A DNA stretch of 64,000 nt from Ostrea edulis. Taxonomy: Eukaryota. Position numbers and translations under genes: made by a program. Positions 24,296 through 37,362 of this stretch are shown here, in pieces (the stretch's first letter is position 1; each line of letters opens with the position of its first letter). A model generated the notes under the pieces. That model made no database searches. It was not told the origin of the DNA and saw only the letters and a program-made list of their open reading frames with translations. Where the stretch lies: assembly GCF_947568905.1 (NCBI RefSeq), contig NC_079170.1, positions 21,762,001 through 21,826,000 of the forward strand, given 5' to 3'.

Positions 24296-27200
24296 ATGGA
24301 TCAAGATGACAAAATAAGTGTAAGTAATGACAAATCTACATATTTGTAAGTCTTTTTTGTAAAAAAATTAATAAAAATAAAAATATATAAAGTGGCTTCA
24401 GCTGTTTTCATATCACTTCCGAGTTCGAATTCGATGATTGAGTGTTGTACGTTAATCTGGATGTCGATATTGGTCGGTTCTAATTGAAATAATAATTCAT
24501 AAAACGAAAGTCCAAAAGAAAAAAAAAGAAGAAAAAGAGTGATGTTCAATAAGAATGTGTCTTATATGGCCTAGTTGTTGTTTGTCCCATAGAAATAAGC
24601 TAATTGATGTCGTGTGAACGTGTTCGTTGTGCTGTTTCACTGTATCCGGAATGACAAAGGCCTGTGTTTACTGTATATTTTTTGGCTGGTATGCAGTTTA
24701 TACTTCAATGCCAAGAAATTGACGTTATCTGTTTGTTAGCATTTGTGTGTTGATGCATTTTTCAGTAAAGTTTGCCAGTTATGCTGGTAGTAGACATTGT
24801 CATTAATCACTGGCCATGTTGTCTTTCTCTTTAATGAAGAGCGTAATCTTACCGTGTGGATTTTTCTTTTGTTTGTTTCATTTTGTAATTGTCATAAACG
24901 TGTCTTGTTATAAATCTCGGTGATTAGGAATTAAAAATTGGAATGAATGAATTGTATAACAGAAAGGGAATTCACTTGTTGGTTTTTGTGTTTTCTCTTT
25001 ACTCAAACAAAAAAAAAGAAGAAGATTAAAACGCAAAACAATATAAAACAGGAAATTACTCTTGATACTTAGTGTTACATAATGTATTTATATCCATATT
25101 CAACCCTCCTGGTATTTCCGCCACTTTATGTTTTTCGGTTGTTAGTCATGCTGTAATAATATTTTGTGGTGTTTAGTATTCTGTGTTAGCTGTGGTTGAT
25201 TTGCTATTCTGTGGTGTTTAGTATTTTGTGTTAGCTGTGATTGATTTCCTATTCTGTGATGTTTAGTATTTTGTGTTAGCTGTGATTGATTTCCTATTCT
25301 GTGGTGTTTAGTATTTTGTGTTAGCTGTGATTGATTTCCTATTCTGTGATGTTTAGTATTTTGTGTTAGTATAGCTGTGATTGATTCGCTATTCTGTGAT
25401 GTTTAGTATTTTGTGTTAGTATAGCTGTGATTGATTGGCTGTGCTGTGCTGTTTAGTATTTTGTGTTATTTGTGGTTGATTTGCTATTGTTTGATGTTTA
25501 GCATATTGTGTTAGCTGTTGTTGATGTGCTATTGTGTGGTGTTTAGTATTTTGTGTTAGCTAGGATTGATTTGCTATTGTTTGATGTTGAGCATTTTGTG
25601 TTATATGTGGTTGATTTGCTATTCTGTGATCTTTAGTATTTTGTATTTAGTGTTTAGAATTTTGTGTTAGCTATAGTTAATTTGCTATTCTGTGATGTTT
25701 AATATTTTGTGTTAGCTATAGTTAATTTGCTATTCTGTGATGTTTAGTATTTTGTGTTAGCTAGAATTGATTTGTTATTGTGTGATGTTTAGTAATTTTG
25801 TGTTAGCTATAGTTAATTTGCTATTCTGTGATGTTTAGTATTTTGTGTTAGCTAGAATTGATTTGTTATTCTGTGATGTTTAGTAATTTTGTGTTAGCTA
25901 GGATGATGTTTAGTATATTTTGTTAGCTGTTTTTGATTTGCTATTCTGTGATGTTTAGTATTTGTGTTAGCTAGGATTGATGTGCTATGTTGTGACATTT
26001 AGTACTTGTGTTAACTAGGATTGATTTGTTATTCTGTGATGTTTATCATTTTGTGTTAGCTTTGATTGATTTGCTATTCCCTGATGTTTAGTAATTTGTG
26101 TTAGGTGTGGTTAATTTGCTATACTGTGAGGTTTAGTATTTTGTGTTAGCTATGATTGATTGGTTATTCTGTGATGTTTAGTATTTTGTGTTAGCTGATA
26201 GATTTGCAATTCTGTGATGTTTAGTATTTTGTGTTAGCTAGGATTGATTTGTTATTCTTTGATGTTTAGTATTTTGTATAAGCTGAGATTGATGTGCTAT
26301 TCTGTGGTGTTTAATATTTTGTGCTAGCTAGGATTGGTTTGCTATTCTGTGCTAGCTGGGGGTGATTTGCTACTCCTTGCGAAAACGATTTTTTCATTCC
26401 TATATTGTTGATAACGATCTATGAATCCATTCCAGGGATGTTTATTACCAGTAGTCATTTCTTTAATATGGTATTGAATTGAGGATTGAATATCAGGTAG
26501 TAAGGGAAATGTCATTGGATCATAGCTTGTCAGAAAGTCAATACATCAAACAACTTATATACTATTTGATTGATATTTGACCCTTTTGTGGGCCTTCTAG
26601 TTACAGGGAGACGACCGTAGGAGACAAACCTTGTACAGGAGCATGTCATTTGACCCTGCCACCTTACAAAGGCCTCCTTCTATTCATTCTATTCGTTCTC
26701 TGAAACGTGCGCAATCTTTCAAATTCCAACCTGAACCCGCCGGAACAGTAACTGAGGAAGAAAGATATGCAGAATATTTCGTCCCTTCTAATTCTGGTCA
26801 AGGCCATGCAAACGTTCAAGACGTACCTGAGATAAAACAGACCAGGAACCTATCTGCAGCTGAGAGGAAGGAGCTAACCGATGAATATAAAGAAGCTGAT
26901 TCAATTGAAGAAAGCTCAGATGACATATCGGAACATGGAGGGTGCATAGAGTGTGTTAAGGCAATTCCAGTAATCTCGGGTGAGGAAATAGAGGAGGGCG
27001 ACCACATTGTGTTTGCTGGAGCAGTATATGATCATCATGGAATTGTCGTTTCGAAAAGGAAAGGCGGTAATGAAATTGAGATAGTGGAAGCAACCAACTC
27101 CATTTCCGGAGCAACTGCAAGTATTTTTTTCGGGGGGAAAGCAAACGTTCAACGTACCATCAAGACGTTTAACTTTATAACAGATCAAATACGAGTAGTT

Positions 27201-27914
27201 GTGTACAGAAAACCAAGATTTTCCAAGCAAGAAATCGTATGTCGTGCAAAGAAGTTTATCAATGAAGCTGACCCAAATAGGAAGAATTTTGATTATCATT
27301 TACTAGGGAATAATTGTGAGCATTTCGCAACCTTCTGTGTCACAGGAAAAAGATTCAGTATTCAGGTCAGAAAATTTGTAATGATTGCATCAATTTTCGT
27401 TCGACGTGGATTTCGAGGAATCAGTGATGAAAAGCTTCGAAATGAGAAGGAATTCGAAAATAATATCATATGCAAGAAATGTTATGAAGTCAACAAGAAG
27501 CTCCTCGGTGCAAAAGTTACACCGATATTGCGTCATGATGACGTAAATGTAGGTGATGTCATCAGATATTCTTATTGGAATCTCTGGCACGATGCTGTAG
27601 TTCTGAGGATTGTCAAGAAAGAGAGTAAGTTTGTGCTCTGTGAAATAGCTCATTATTGTTTTCGTGGCCCCTTCTCTCATAGAGAAATTATCAGAGAGGA
27701 ATTGAAAATTTATTTCAAGGGCAGTGTCAGTGTTCTTCATTACGAACCCCCGAATTATGATGTTTACGACCCGGAAGTTGTAGTTCACCGGGCAGAACAA
27801 CGAATGGAAGAGAAATGCTTTGTCTTCTTCTCCAATGATTCCAGTCACTACGCCCGCTGGTGCAAGTTAAAACTAGTACGGCAATCTTCAATGGTGATGG
27901 AGACTGCGGTGTAG
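24296..27914 (+). CDS. Tandem double LRAT/PLAAT-like (NlpC/P60 H-box/NC) protein, copy 1, 443 aa
   Basis: Exon 1 24296-24319 (MDQDDKIS|gtaagt) plus exon 2 26607-27914 (ttacag|GDDRRR...). Motifs GDHIVF..YDHHGIVV..RA..DYHLLGNNCEHFATFC, then a second module GDVIRY..WHDAVV..RA..SNDSSHYARWC. Confidence 0.9.
25150..26370. repeat. 45-bp intronic minisatellite, ~27 diverged copies
   Basis: Unit ttgctattctgtgatgtttagtattttgtgttagctgtgattgat; orthologous to 37880-40900. Confidence 0.95.
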
Positions 27915-28325
27915 AAGGTATCGGCGTCAGAATGTGATTTTGAGATAGTGCATTCTCCACAAAACACAAACAGAATATTTTCCATGCATGATTTTACTGC
28001 ATGATGTGTAAATGATATTCGGTATGCTATTTGTAGATTATGGTGTGCAGATGCATATTGACTGTGAGTTTTATATGAAGTGGGTTTTTTTCTAATTGAC
28101 ATATATTATATTTTCGGCAAAATTAAGGGCTCAAGAATTTGATATTTTTATGTAATTAATAGATTTGCAGACTTTTTCACCATGCTTGCACATATTAGAC
28201 TGATTTTAAGTTTGTAGATGTGTATTATAATTATTTGATGTGTATTATGATTATTTGATGTGTATCATGATTATTTGACTTTCTAGGCTGTCAGTCCTTT
28301 GTTTAATGAGTTGATCCATTTATTT

Positions 28326-29038
28326 TGTACTGGCCAAGTATGAAATGAAGTAGGAAACAACTTGTAAATGCGTTTAACGACGATTTACTACAAAAAATAC
28401 AAAGAAAATATACAATAAATACAAGATATTTTAGATTAAATCACACATGATAACACATCCTAGCAAATCAATTATAATGTATTACATGTACTAGAAAATA
28501 ACAGACACTGCAGTATAGATAAGAAAAATTGCCGACATAATGTAAACAAAAGAGGCATAACTCTAGATTATTACAGATCAAGAATGAAAAACATGATGAA
28601 AATGGAGTTATCTCCCGTATATGATAAATGTGCACGTATCCATCGATATCACATACATGTCAATAATATTACCTGACTTCCTAATTGCATTATAAATAAT
28701 GAACTTGAATATAATTGCACAAATACTAAAAGCAATTACTTTATACTGAAATTACTAAGTATGCAAAATTTACCGAGATACATAAATGCACAGTTTATAC
28801 CTAAATAAAAACAATAATACACTCACCAATTCAGAAGTTTCCTCTAGTGAACATAATTATCAGTACAAACCTGACTGGTAAGTTAACTAGTAAAATTTGA
28901 CTGGAAAACTGGTAATGCAGGTATGCCACTTGCCGCGTCCTGCCATAATAGAATTACGGGCTTTACACTGTGCCCCAAAAATGATGACATCACATTACAA
29001 CTCCAGAGAGAGCACTAATTAACGAAATGGCCGTAACA
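28326..29038 (-). mobile_element. Solo LTR (713 bp)
   Basis: Minus strand TGTTACGGCCA...CAGTACA, flanked by tattt/ttttt. Absent at the homologous site of unit B (~42875). Internal donor-like G|GTGAGT at ~28825. Confidence 0.7.
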
Positions 29039-29364
29039 TTTTTAATTTTTTTTTGGGGGGGGGGTTACTTTCTTTTGTCTATTTTACTCCATGTTTTATT
29101 CACAGTGCTTGATGAGGAATATTTCCGGGTAGGAGTTAATTCTTGCACTGATTACCATCTTTAATCAACTCGTCCTCGTTTGAGAAGAATTACGTCACCC
29201 ATTATCACTTCCCGCTTCAGCCCATTGGACAATTAGGAGTTGATTACTCCCTAGAAAACATTGATTATTAAGCCAAAACAATAAACATGTAACTTGCAGA
29301 GTATATACAACTGTACCTTTCTAAATTTAGTGTTATGTACTTTGTATATATTATCTGACGTTTT

Positions 29365-29512
29365 TGTTTATTCATATATCGTGCCACACCTGTTGTGGAA
29401 CGGGACCTTGTTTTTTGTGGTCTCATCCGATCGAAGGACTGCCCCATTTAGTCGCCTCTTACGACAAGCAAGGGATACTGAGGACTTATTCTAACCTGGA
29501 TCCCCACGGGAA
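29365..29512 (-). mobile_element. SINE, partially deleted; orthologous to 43195-43465
   Basis: atcgtgccacacctg...ctattctaacctggatccccacggg, with the same downstream flank as the unit B copy. Confidence 0.85.
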
Positions 29513-30601
29513 TCCAGATATTGAAATATTTTTTCCCCCACATGTTTACATTGGTATCTTACAGTTTAATTTCAACAATGTGAACTGTTCTTGACAATCT
29601 TGCACTTTGTTAATCGTCTGNNNNNNNNNNNNNNNNNNNNNNNNNNNNNNNNNNNNNNNNNNNNNNNNNNNNNNNNNNNNNNNNNNNNNNNNNNNNNNNN
29701 NNNNNNNNNNNNNNNNNNNNNNNNNNNNNNNNNNNNNNNNNNNNNNNNNNTAACAATTTTTTGAAATGTCAAATTTCTGATACTGATAAATTGTTATGAT
29801 TTAATGATCAATGTTATTCAATAAAATAAAGATTTGAATATAGTTTGTTTTGTGTATCAAGGAGGAATGATGATGCATAAAAAATACATTTTCTAAATCT
29901 TTATTATATCATAATACATGACAGTGAGAAGAAGGCATTTTGGTCAACTTCCAACATCAAATTGTGATTTATGAAATGAATTATGCTGTGGCAAATAGCT
30001 AATCAATGAAGCAGAGGTCCTACAGTACATTACTATATATAGTAATCTATCTAGCTTTAAAAGGAGTCATTCTTATATATTCTATATTACTTATAAACTA
30101 AGCATAAATGTATAATGTCTTATTCTACTTTGGACATTATCGAACAAACATTCAAATGTTTGGTTGAACATTTTGAAGACAATTTTCAACATAACATATC
30201 CCATGTAAAATCCCACCACTCAATACTATTCACAATGTTTGTTTCTTTTATGAACAGGACATTGTTAAACCATGTCCTATGTGAAATCCCACCACTCAAT
30301 ACAATTCACAATATTTGTTTCTTCTATCTGGACATTGTTAAATCAAAATAATTAAATCAATCGAGGTTGAATTCAATATAGGTGTAATTGAAAGGAGTGG
30401 GTCATCGAATTAGGCAATGGTTAAGTAAATTGTTCTTCAATAATCTACTTTACATAATTCAATTCAACAACCTATTCTAAGATGAGTTTTTAAAACACTT
30501 ACAATCTGGAATACAGAGAGACAAAACAACATTTAAAACATAATTTATGTAGCAATAACAACTAACATCAAAATATATAACCAACAAACAAAAAACCCCA
30601 A

Positions 30602-30633
<32 letters not shown>

Positions 30634-31872
30634 GTGGTATACCTTCATACGTAATAACTGATTATGAGACAATTAATGCACATCTGTCTTGCACATTAAG
30701 AATACAGTTATGGGTTCGAAATGTAAAAACCGTCATGCGCATGTCGATTTCACGCCGTTTTGTGTATTGCTTTGAATTAGATTAGACACATGCCATATTA
30801 AGTTGACCAAAATCGAATCTCCTATTGGGTGTTTACATAACATGGAAAAATAGAAACCATCTTCTTATTTTCATGGATGTTACAGAATAACCTCATCGGT
30901 GTCGAAATGTTATTTGAAATATAAAAGCCTCGGCTAACATCTCGACTCGGCTAACACCTCAACTTTTATATTTCCAACAACATTTCTTCACCTTGGAGGT
31001 TATTGAGCAATACATTATTTCTTAAATATACCTGCCCTCGGTCATTCCTAATTTGACCTCACTTAGACTTTCATAGGCGATAAATTGGGCCGAACCTTTG
31101 GAATCCTCCTCTGCGGAACGACTGGATGATCTCTACAGAATCTGTAGGGAAAATAGCAAAATATATAACGAGAAAATGATATTGATATACGGGTTGATCT
31201 ACCTAATAAATGGATTCTGGTTTCGGTATGCAAGTCAATCGTGGCTCTTCTAAAGTGACTGCACGGTTAAAATTCAGCCTTAACACTTCGTTCTCAAACA
31301 CTGATAATGTCGTCGTATTATATAGACAGAAACTTAAAATAACGGCTTTTCCCCCCTCTTGTTATTACGACTTTTTATCTCGGTATTACGACTTTAGAAA
31401 ATCTCGTTATTACCGGTACGACTTTCGAAAGTCATAATATACACATCTAACGACTTTATGTCTTGCTATTAGGATTTTTTTTATTTCGTCATTATGACTT
31501 TTTAGCGACTCTCTGTGACTAAAAATAAACATTAGCATTTTGTATATGTACTTTTGTTTTGTACAATTCGGAAACCAGAGACAGGATTTCGTACATATAG
31601 TGTATATACAAATTAGAATGTAATAAACTTTGATGGTATATTAGTAAAAGAAAGATAACTCTATGATTTATTGAAATCTAATGTCATTACTAGTTGTCTC
31701 CCTTATATTGGTTGTTTTGTAAGTACACATCCTTCGGGTAGTAAAATACAATGATGAACTTTGAATGGACTTTGTAGTAAATACGGCCATTAATCGGTTT
31801 AATCCGCGCAGTGTATAGTTCGATACACGACATTTATCTGGCGACGAGTGTAAAAGAACATCTCTTAACACG

Positions 31873-34800
31873 ATGGCTGACGTTTTATTGCCAGATTTAC
31901 ACGGAATTCCGAATTCTAACATTTCTGAGGCGACGGGCTTATCGGAAAGATGGAAACGATGGCTGCGTGCTTTCAAACTATATGCTGCAGGGAAAGGAGT
32001 TACTCATCCTGATCAAAAGCAAGCTCTGCTACTGCATACAGCAGGGATGGATGTGCAAGTCATTTATATACCTTACCAGAAAGTGAAGGAGATAATGCGT
32101 ATGATAAAGCGGTGGGAGCTCTTGACACTTATTTCACCCCCAAGCAAACATACCGTATGAAAGGTCCGTGTTTATAAGTATGACACATATGCCAAACGAA
32201 AGAATTGAACAATATATAACGAGGCTACGCCAAAAATCTGAAACGTGATTTTGATAATCGTGAAGCTGTCGACGAAAGTATACGGGATCAAATTATAGAC
32301 AAGTGTTTGAATCATAATCTCAGGCGCAAAATACTTGAAAAGGGACGCAACCTTAACTTAACACAATTACGTGAAGTGGCTAAAGCTATGGAGGACTCTG
32401 GGCGACAAGCAAAGTCAATCGAAACCCAAGGTCAAAGTGTCAAAAGTGACATAAACAAAGTTAATTATTCAAAAGGTAAATTTGTGGACAAAATAGTTCG
32501 CAGTAGTAAGCCACAAATATGTTACAGTTGTGGTCTAGAGGGCCATATAAGGACTGACCCAAAATGCCCGGCACGTGGAAAAAAATGTCGGAAGTGTAAG
32601 CAAGTTGGTCATTTTGAACGTCAGTGTAAGACCAAGGACAAGCCAAAAACTAATTGTAAGCCGGAGAAAATTCGTCAAGTTTCTCAGCAACAGACACACA
32701 CTTCGAGTGATGATGACTATGCATTTAACATAAATCAGATAAATGCTGTATGTGAAAATATTGTGGTATCAGTTGGGAACGTCAACCTGAAGATGATAGT
32801 TGACTCTGGTGCATCCTGCAATATCATGGGAAGACGATTAATTATGGGAATATCTGAAGCGAAATCATATAGAGTGCGTTTCAACAAAATCATGTAAAGA
32901 ATTGTTTGCGTATGGATCAACCGAACCGTTGAAAGTAGTGGGAACATTCGTGTCACTATTGAATGTAACAGCAAAACTATTCCAAATGTTGAATTTGTTG
33001 TTATTGATGGGAAAGGATAGGCATTACTTGGTCGTGAAACTGCGTTAAAACTGGGTGTCCTTAAACTCGTACATCATGTCACCGAAGGAGCTGTTTGCGC
33101 TCCGAACAAGACAATTTTTGAGAAATACCCAGAATGTTTTACTGGAGTAGGAAAGTTGAAATCGTTTCAACTTGAAATACCGATTGATCCGGACGTGGAG
33201 CCAGTTATCCAGCCGATGAGACGTATACCGTTCAATTTGCGTAATAAACTTGAGAAGAAATTGAATGAACTCTTAGATCTTGATATAATTGAACGCGTTG
33301 AAGAACCTAGTTCGTGGGTATCACCGGTTGTGTGTGTACCGAAGCGTTCCAGTGATGATATTCGTCTCTGCATGGACACGCGTTTGGCAAACACAGGTGG
33401 GAAACGTGTCAGACACCCTATTCCGCCGATTGTTGAGTTACTTCAAGAAATGAATTCTAGTAAAGTGTTCAGCAAATTAGATGTCACCTGGGCGTATCAT
33501 CAGATTGAGTTAAAACCTGAATCGAGAGAAATAACTACTTTTGTAACACATAGGGGTCTTTTCAGATACAAACGCCTTATGTTTTGGTGTGAGTTGTGCC
33601 CCTGAATTATATCAAAAAGTCATGCAACAGGTCTTACAAGGGTGTGAAGGGGTTCATAATATTATGAATGATATTATTGTACATGCTAGTTGTAAAGCTG
33701 AACATAATAAATGTCTTGAAAATGTAGATATGGTATTGAGAGACAAAGGTATTACTTTGAACAAGGACAAATGTCAGTTTAACATGTCACAAGTCGTTTT
33801 TATGGGTCATGTTTTATCAGACCGTGATATCGGGTCGGCTGATGTAAAAGTAAAAGCCGTAGTTGAAGCGCGCGAGCCGAAGAACTCTGCTGAAGTTCAC
33901 AGGTTTTTTTAGGTCTTGCCAGGTACAGTGCGAGGTTTATTCCGGATCTAGCCACTGTCTCGGCTCCGCTTCGTGCGCTTACTCGTAAGAAGGCCATTTT
34001 CAAATGGGGTAAACCGGAGCAAGAATCATTTGACGAACTTAAGAAGCGCCTTGCTAATGCAGAAACATTAGGGTATTACGATAAAAACGCGCCGACTAAG
34101 GTCATTGCCGATGCTAGTCCGCTCGGTCTCGGGGCGGTACTCGTACAGGAACAAGGAAATGAATTGCGTATTATTTCGTATGCGAGTCGAAGTCTAAGCG
34201 ACACAGAGCGTCGATACTCTCAGACGGAGAAAGAGGCGCTAAATCTAGTATGGGCGTGCGAAAGGTTCCATATATATATCTATGGAAGTGAGTTTGAACT
34301 ATTAACAGATCACAAACCTCTCGAATGTATATACTCTCCAAAATCAAAGGTTTGTGCACGAATTGAATGTTCGGTCTTACGTATGCAAGCTTACAAGTTT
34401 AAAAGTTCGGTATATTCCAGGACCGAAAAATATCGCAGATGCGTTATCGCGTTTGATCAAGGAAAACAGAGTAATTCAGCAGACGACTATGTATGATTCG
34501 TTGCCAATGAGTCGACACCGGTAGTACTTACAACACGCGAGCTCGAGCGAGCATCAGAACATGATTCAGAACTCAAAGCGGCGGCAAGAGAATGTCTAGT
34601 CAATGGAAAATGGCATCGTATAGAATTCAAAGAGTATTTGCCGATTCGGAATGAGTTATGTGCAATAGGTAAATTGATATTACGCAGAACACGTATTGTG
34701 GTACCGATCGATTATCGAGAGCGTGTACTTGAGTTGGCACATGAGGGTCATCCCGGTATAGTTGCTATGAAAATCCGATTGCGTAGTAAAGTTTGGTGGC

Positions 34801-36765
34801 CTGGAATTGATAGGTGCATAGAAAAGTACTGTCGGAGTTGCTATGGATGTCAACTCGTGAGTCAACCTTGCAAACCCGAGCCAATGAAGCGTACCGAGCT
34901 ATCGTCTGCACCAAGGCAACATTTAGCGGCGGATCTGTTAGGTCCTTTGCCAAGTGACCATTACATGTTTGTATTAGTCGATTATTATAGTCGGTATTTC
35001 GAGGTCGCAGTCACTAAAACGATAACGTCCGAGAAAATTACATCTCTGATGTCAAAGTTCTTTTTAACCCACGGCTTGCCATTATCTATTCATAAAAATA
35101 ACGGACGTCAGTTTACTAGTCAACATTTTGAAAATTTCATGTCGGAAAATGGCATACTTCATCATAGGACAACGCCATTATGGCCACATGCGAACGGCGA
35201 GGTTGAAAGGCAGAATCGGTCGATCATGAAAAGAGTAAGAATAGCTCAAGTTGAAGGTCGCGACTGGAGGTCAGAGCTCGAAAAGTTTCTTATGATCTAT
35301 CGGAGTACTTCTCATACTGTTACCGGTGTAAGTCCGTCAGAGTTGCTTTTGGGCAAAAATTGAGAACAAAATTACCCGAATTAGCCGATTATAATGTTGA
35401 TGACCTTGAGGTACGCGACCGAGACTTAGAAAGGAAGGAGAAAGGATAACTATATGCTGACAAGCAACGTGGTGCATGCGAAACGGATATTCGCACTGGC
35501 GATAAGGTACTTGTAAAGCAAGACCGTGAAAATAAAATGTCGACACCATTTAATCCTTCACCCTTTAAAGTTGTTGATAAAACTAGCAATAGTGTAGTCG
35601 TTGAGTCTGATCAAGGTGTTCAGTACAGGCGAAATGTTACACATTTGAAAAAGTTTCATGAAAGAAATAATACAGCAATGTCAGAACCTGTATCTGTTGA
35701 AAAGTCAAAAGTTTCTCAAACTGAAATTATGCCAAATTCTAATATTGATTCTGAATTTATTCAGGGTAATTGTACTGATACCCCCAGTTCTGAGTCAACT
35801 CCATTGTAAATGCACACACTTTATTCATTTTAGCAAGCATAATCCAAACATACAGCATACATGTGTATGTGTGTGGTCGTGTGGTGTGATTAACTGCAAA
35901 TATACAAAAACAAAAATAAGTAAAGTATTTCATAGCAAAGACAAATTACCTAACATTTGATAAATGTTATACTAGTACACAAATACCCTATCAATCTCAG
36001 TAAGTAACATTGTTTACAGTAAATACTCTACATTTGTACTCTAAAAAACCAGTGCATAATGTACAAAAACAATTTCATCAGACTAGAAAGTGAAAAATTT
36101 ATGTTCCTAGAAACTACATAATATTACACATAAATAGCTAAAGGAAAACATTCCTATCAATACATGAAAATTGCAGAGTGCACAGAAAATTCACACCAAA
36201 AGTTTCACAGCATAATTCTATGTCCTTCAATACTATGACAATTAATATGAACCATATTATCATATACTTTGCAAACATTACGATTAAGCTATGAATTTTC
36301 TAACAAACGTGCACTCTAAACATGCTACCAAAATGAACTTTCGCAAGTAAACACGCTGTAAACATTCAGTTAACAACATTGTGTACATAAATTCTCTTGT
36401 AGAATAATTTGCATATAAAATGTCAGGTTTAACTTACCATCTTAGAAGCTTCTCTCATAGGAAAAGTATAGAGTCTTCAGCACAGGTGACTAGTAATCTA
36501 GAAATGACTTGCAAATTGTACTAAAGCTCGTGCACCCGCGAAAAATGTAAAAATCCAAGCTAAACCGGATATTGAAACATTCAAATAAATCCGGAAAGAT
36601 ATGGAACTGAAAAATCCGGAAAAATGTTTGGTACAATGTTAAATTGGCCATAACAGTAATAATGTTAATGAATCTGTTGAAAATGCCCAGAGTTCAGGTG
36701 TACTTTCTAGACCAGTTAGAGAGAAAAAATTGCCATCAAAATTTGATGAATTTGTAATGAACTGA
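31873..36765 (+). pseudogene. Gypsy gag-pol (zinc knuckles, protease, RT, RNase H, integrase) with frameshifts and stops
   Basis: ERWKRWLRAFKLY; CYSCGLEGH..C and CRKCKQVGHFERQC; MIVDSGASCN; FSKLDVTWAYHQI..YKRLMF; ADASPLGLGAVL..YASRSLSDTERRYSQTEKEAL; HEGHPG..C..C, DYYSRYFEV, NGEVERQNR; C-terminal RPVREKKLPSKFDEFVMN* after the solo LTR. Confidence 0.95.
35771..36655 (-). mobile_element. Solo LTR (885 bp) nested in the Gypsy integrase tail
   Basis: Minus strand TGTTATGGCCA...CAGTACA with a perfect 5-bp TSD GTAAT (35766-70, 36656-60). Removal restores the frame QGN-NVNESVENAQSSGVLSRPVR. Confidence 0.85.
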
Positions 36766-37362
36766 TTAAATGTTATTCACAAAAATACTTGTAATGAAAT
36801 TTTAAACAGCAGTTTCTAAGGAAAGAACATTATGTTGATATATGTGCTGTAATCTAGCATTGATATTACTTTGGGATTCTATGTGTATTGAAATGTGTTA
36901 TTTTTCAATTATTGTTTGTGTGTATTAATTTGCTTATTTCATTCTTAGGCAAATGAAATTTCAACTGCCAATTTATTTTCAACTTTATATTTGTAGTTAT
37001 TTTCATCAGTCAAAATAATTTTCAAGGTCATACTTTTTGGACCATCATATTAAAAAGAAACATAAACATTTCATTTCTTTATAAAGGAAGGAAGGGATGT
37101 AGTATATATGCAAGTTAGAATGTAATAGACTTTGATAGTATGTTAGTAAAAGAAAGATAACTCTATGATTTATTGAGATCTAATGTCATTACTAGTTGTC
37201 TCCCTTATATTGGTTGTTTTGTAAGTACACATCCTTCGGGTAGTAAAATACAATGATGAACTTTGAATGGACTTTGTAGTAAATGCGTCCATTAATCAGT
37301 TTAATCCGCGCAGTGCATAGTTCGATACACGACAGTACAAATATGGACAACAACTAAGATTC

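Larger units (their letters stand above)
21705..30600 (+). repeat. Segmental duplication unit A
   Basis: Colinear with 30601-44650 from aaaagatcaaaggaatgccgc to aaaatatataacca. Confidence 0.9.
31596..37334 (+). mobile_element. Ty3/Gypsy LTR retrotransposon, full length, decayed
   Basis: LTRs 31596-31832 and 37098-37334 (237 bp each, 12 differences). TSD GTACA (31591-95, 37335-39). PBS-like TGGCGACGAG at 31839; PPT aaaggaaggaaggga at 37083-97. The empty site is visible in unit A (24263-67). Confidence 0.97.

Noticed and set aside
26816-28102. Minus-strand ORFs over the LRAT genes (also 41372-42546)
   Set aside because: Antisense shadows; their conservation is explained by the duplication.
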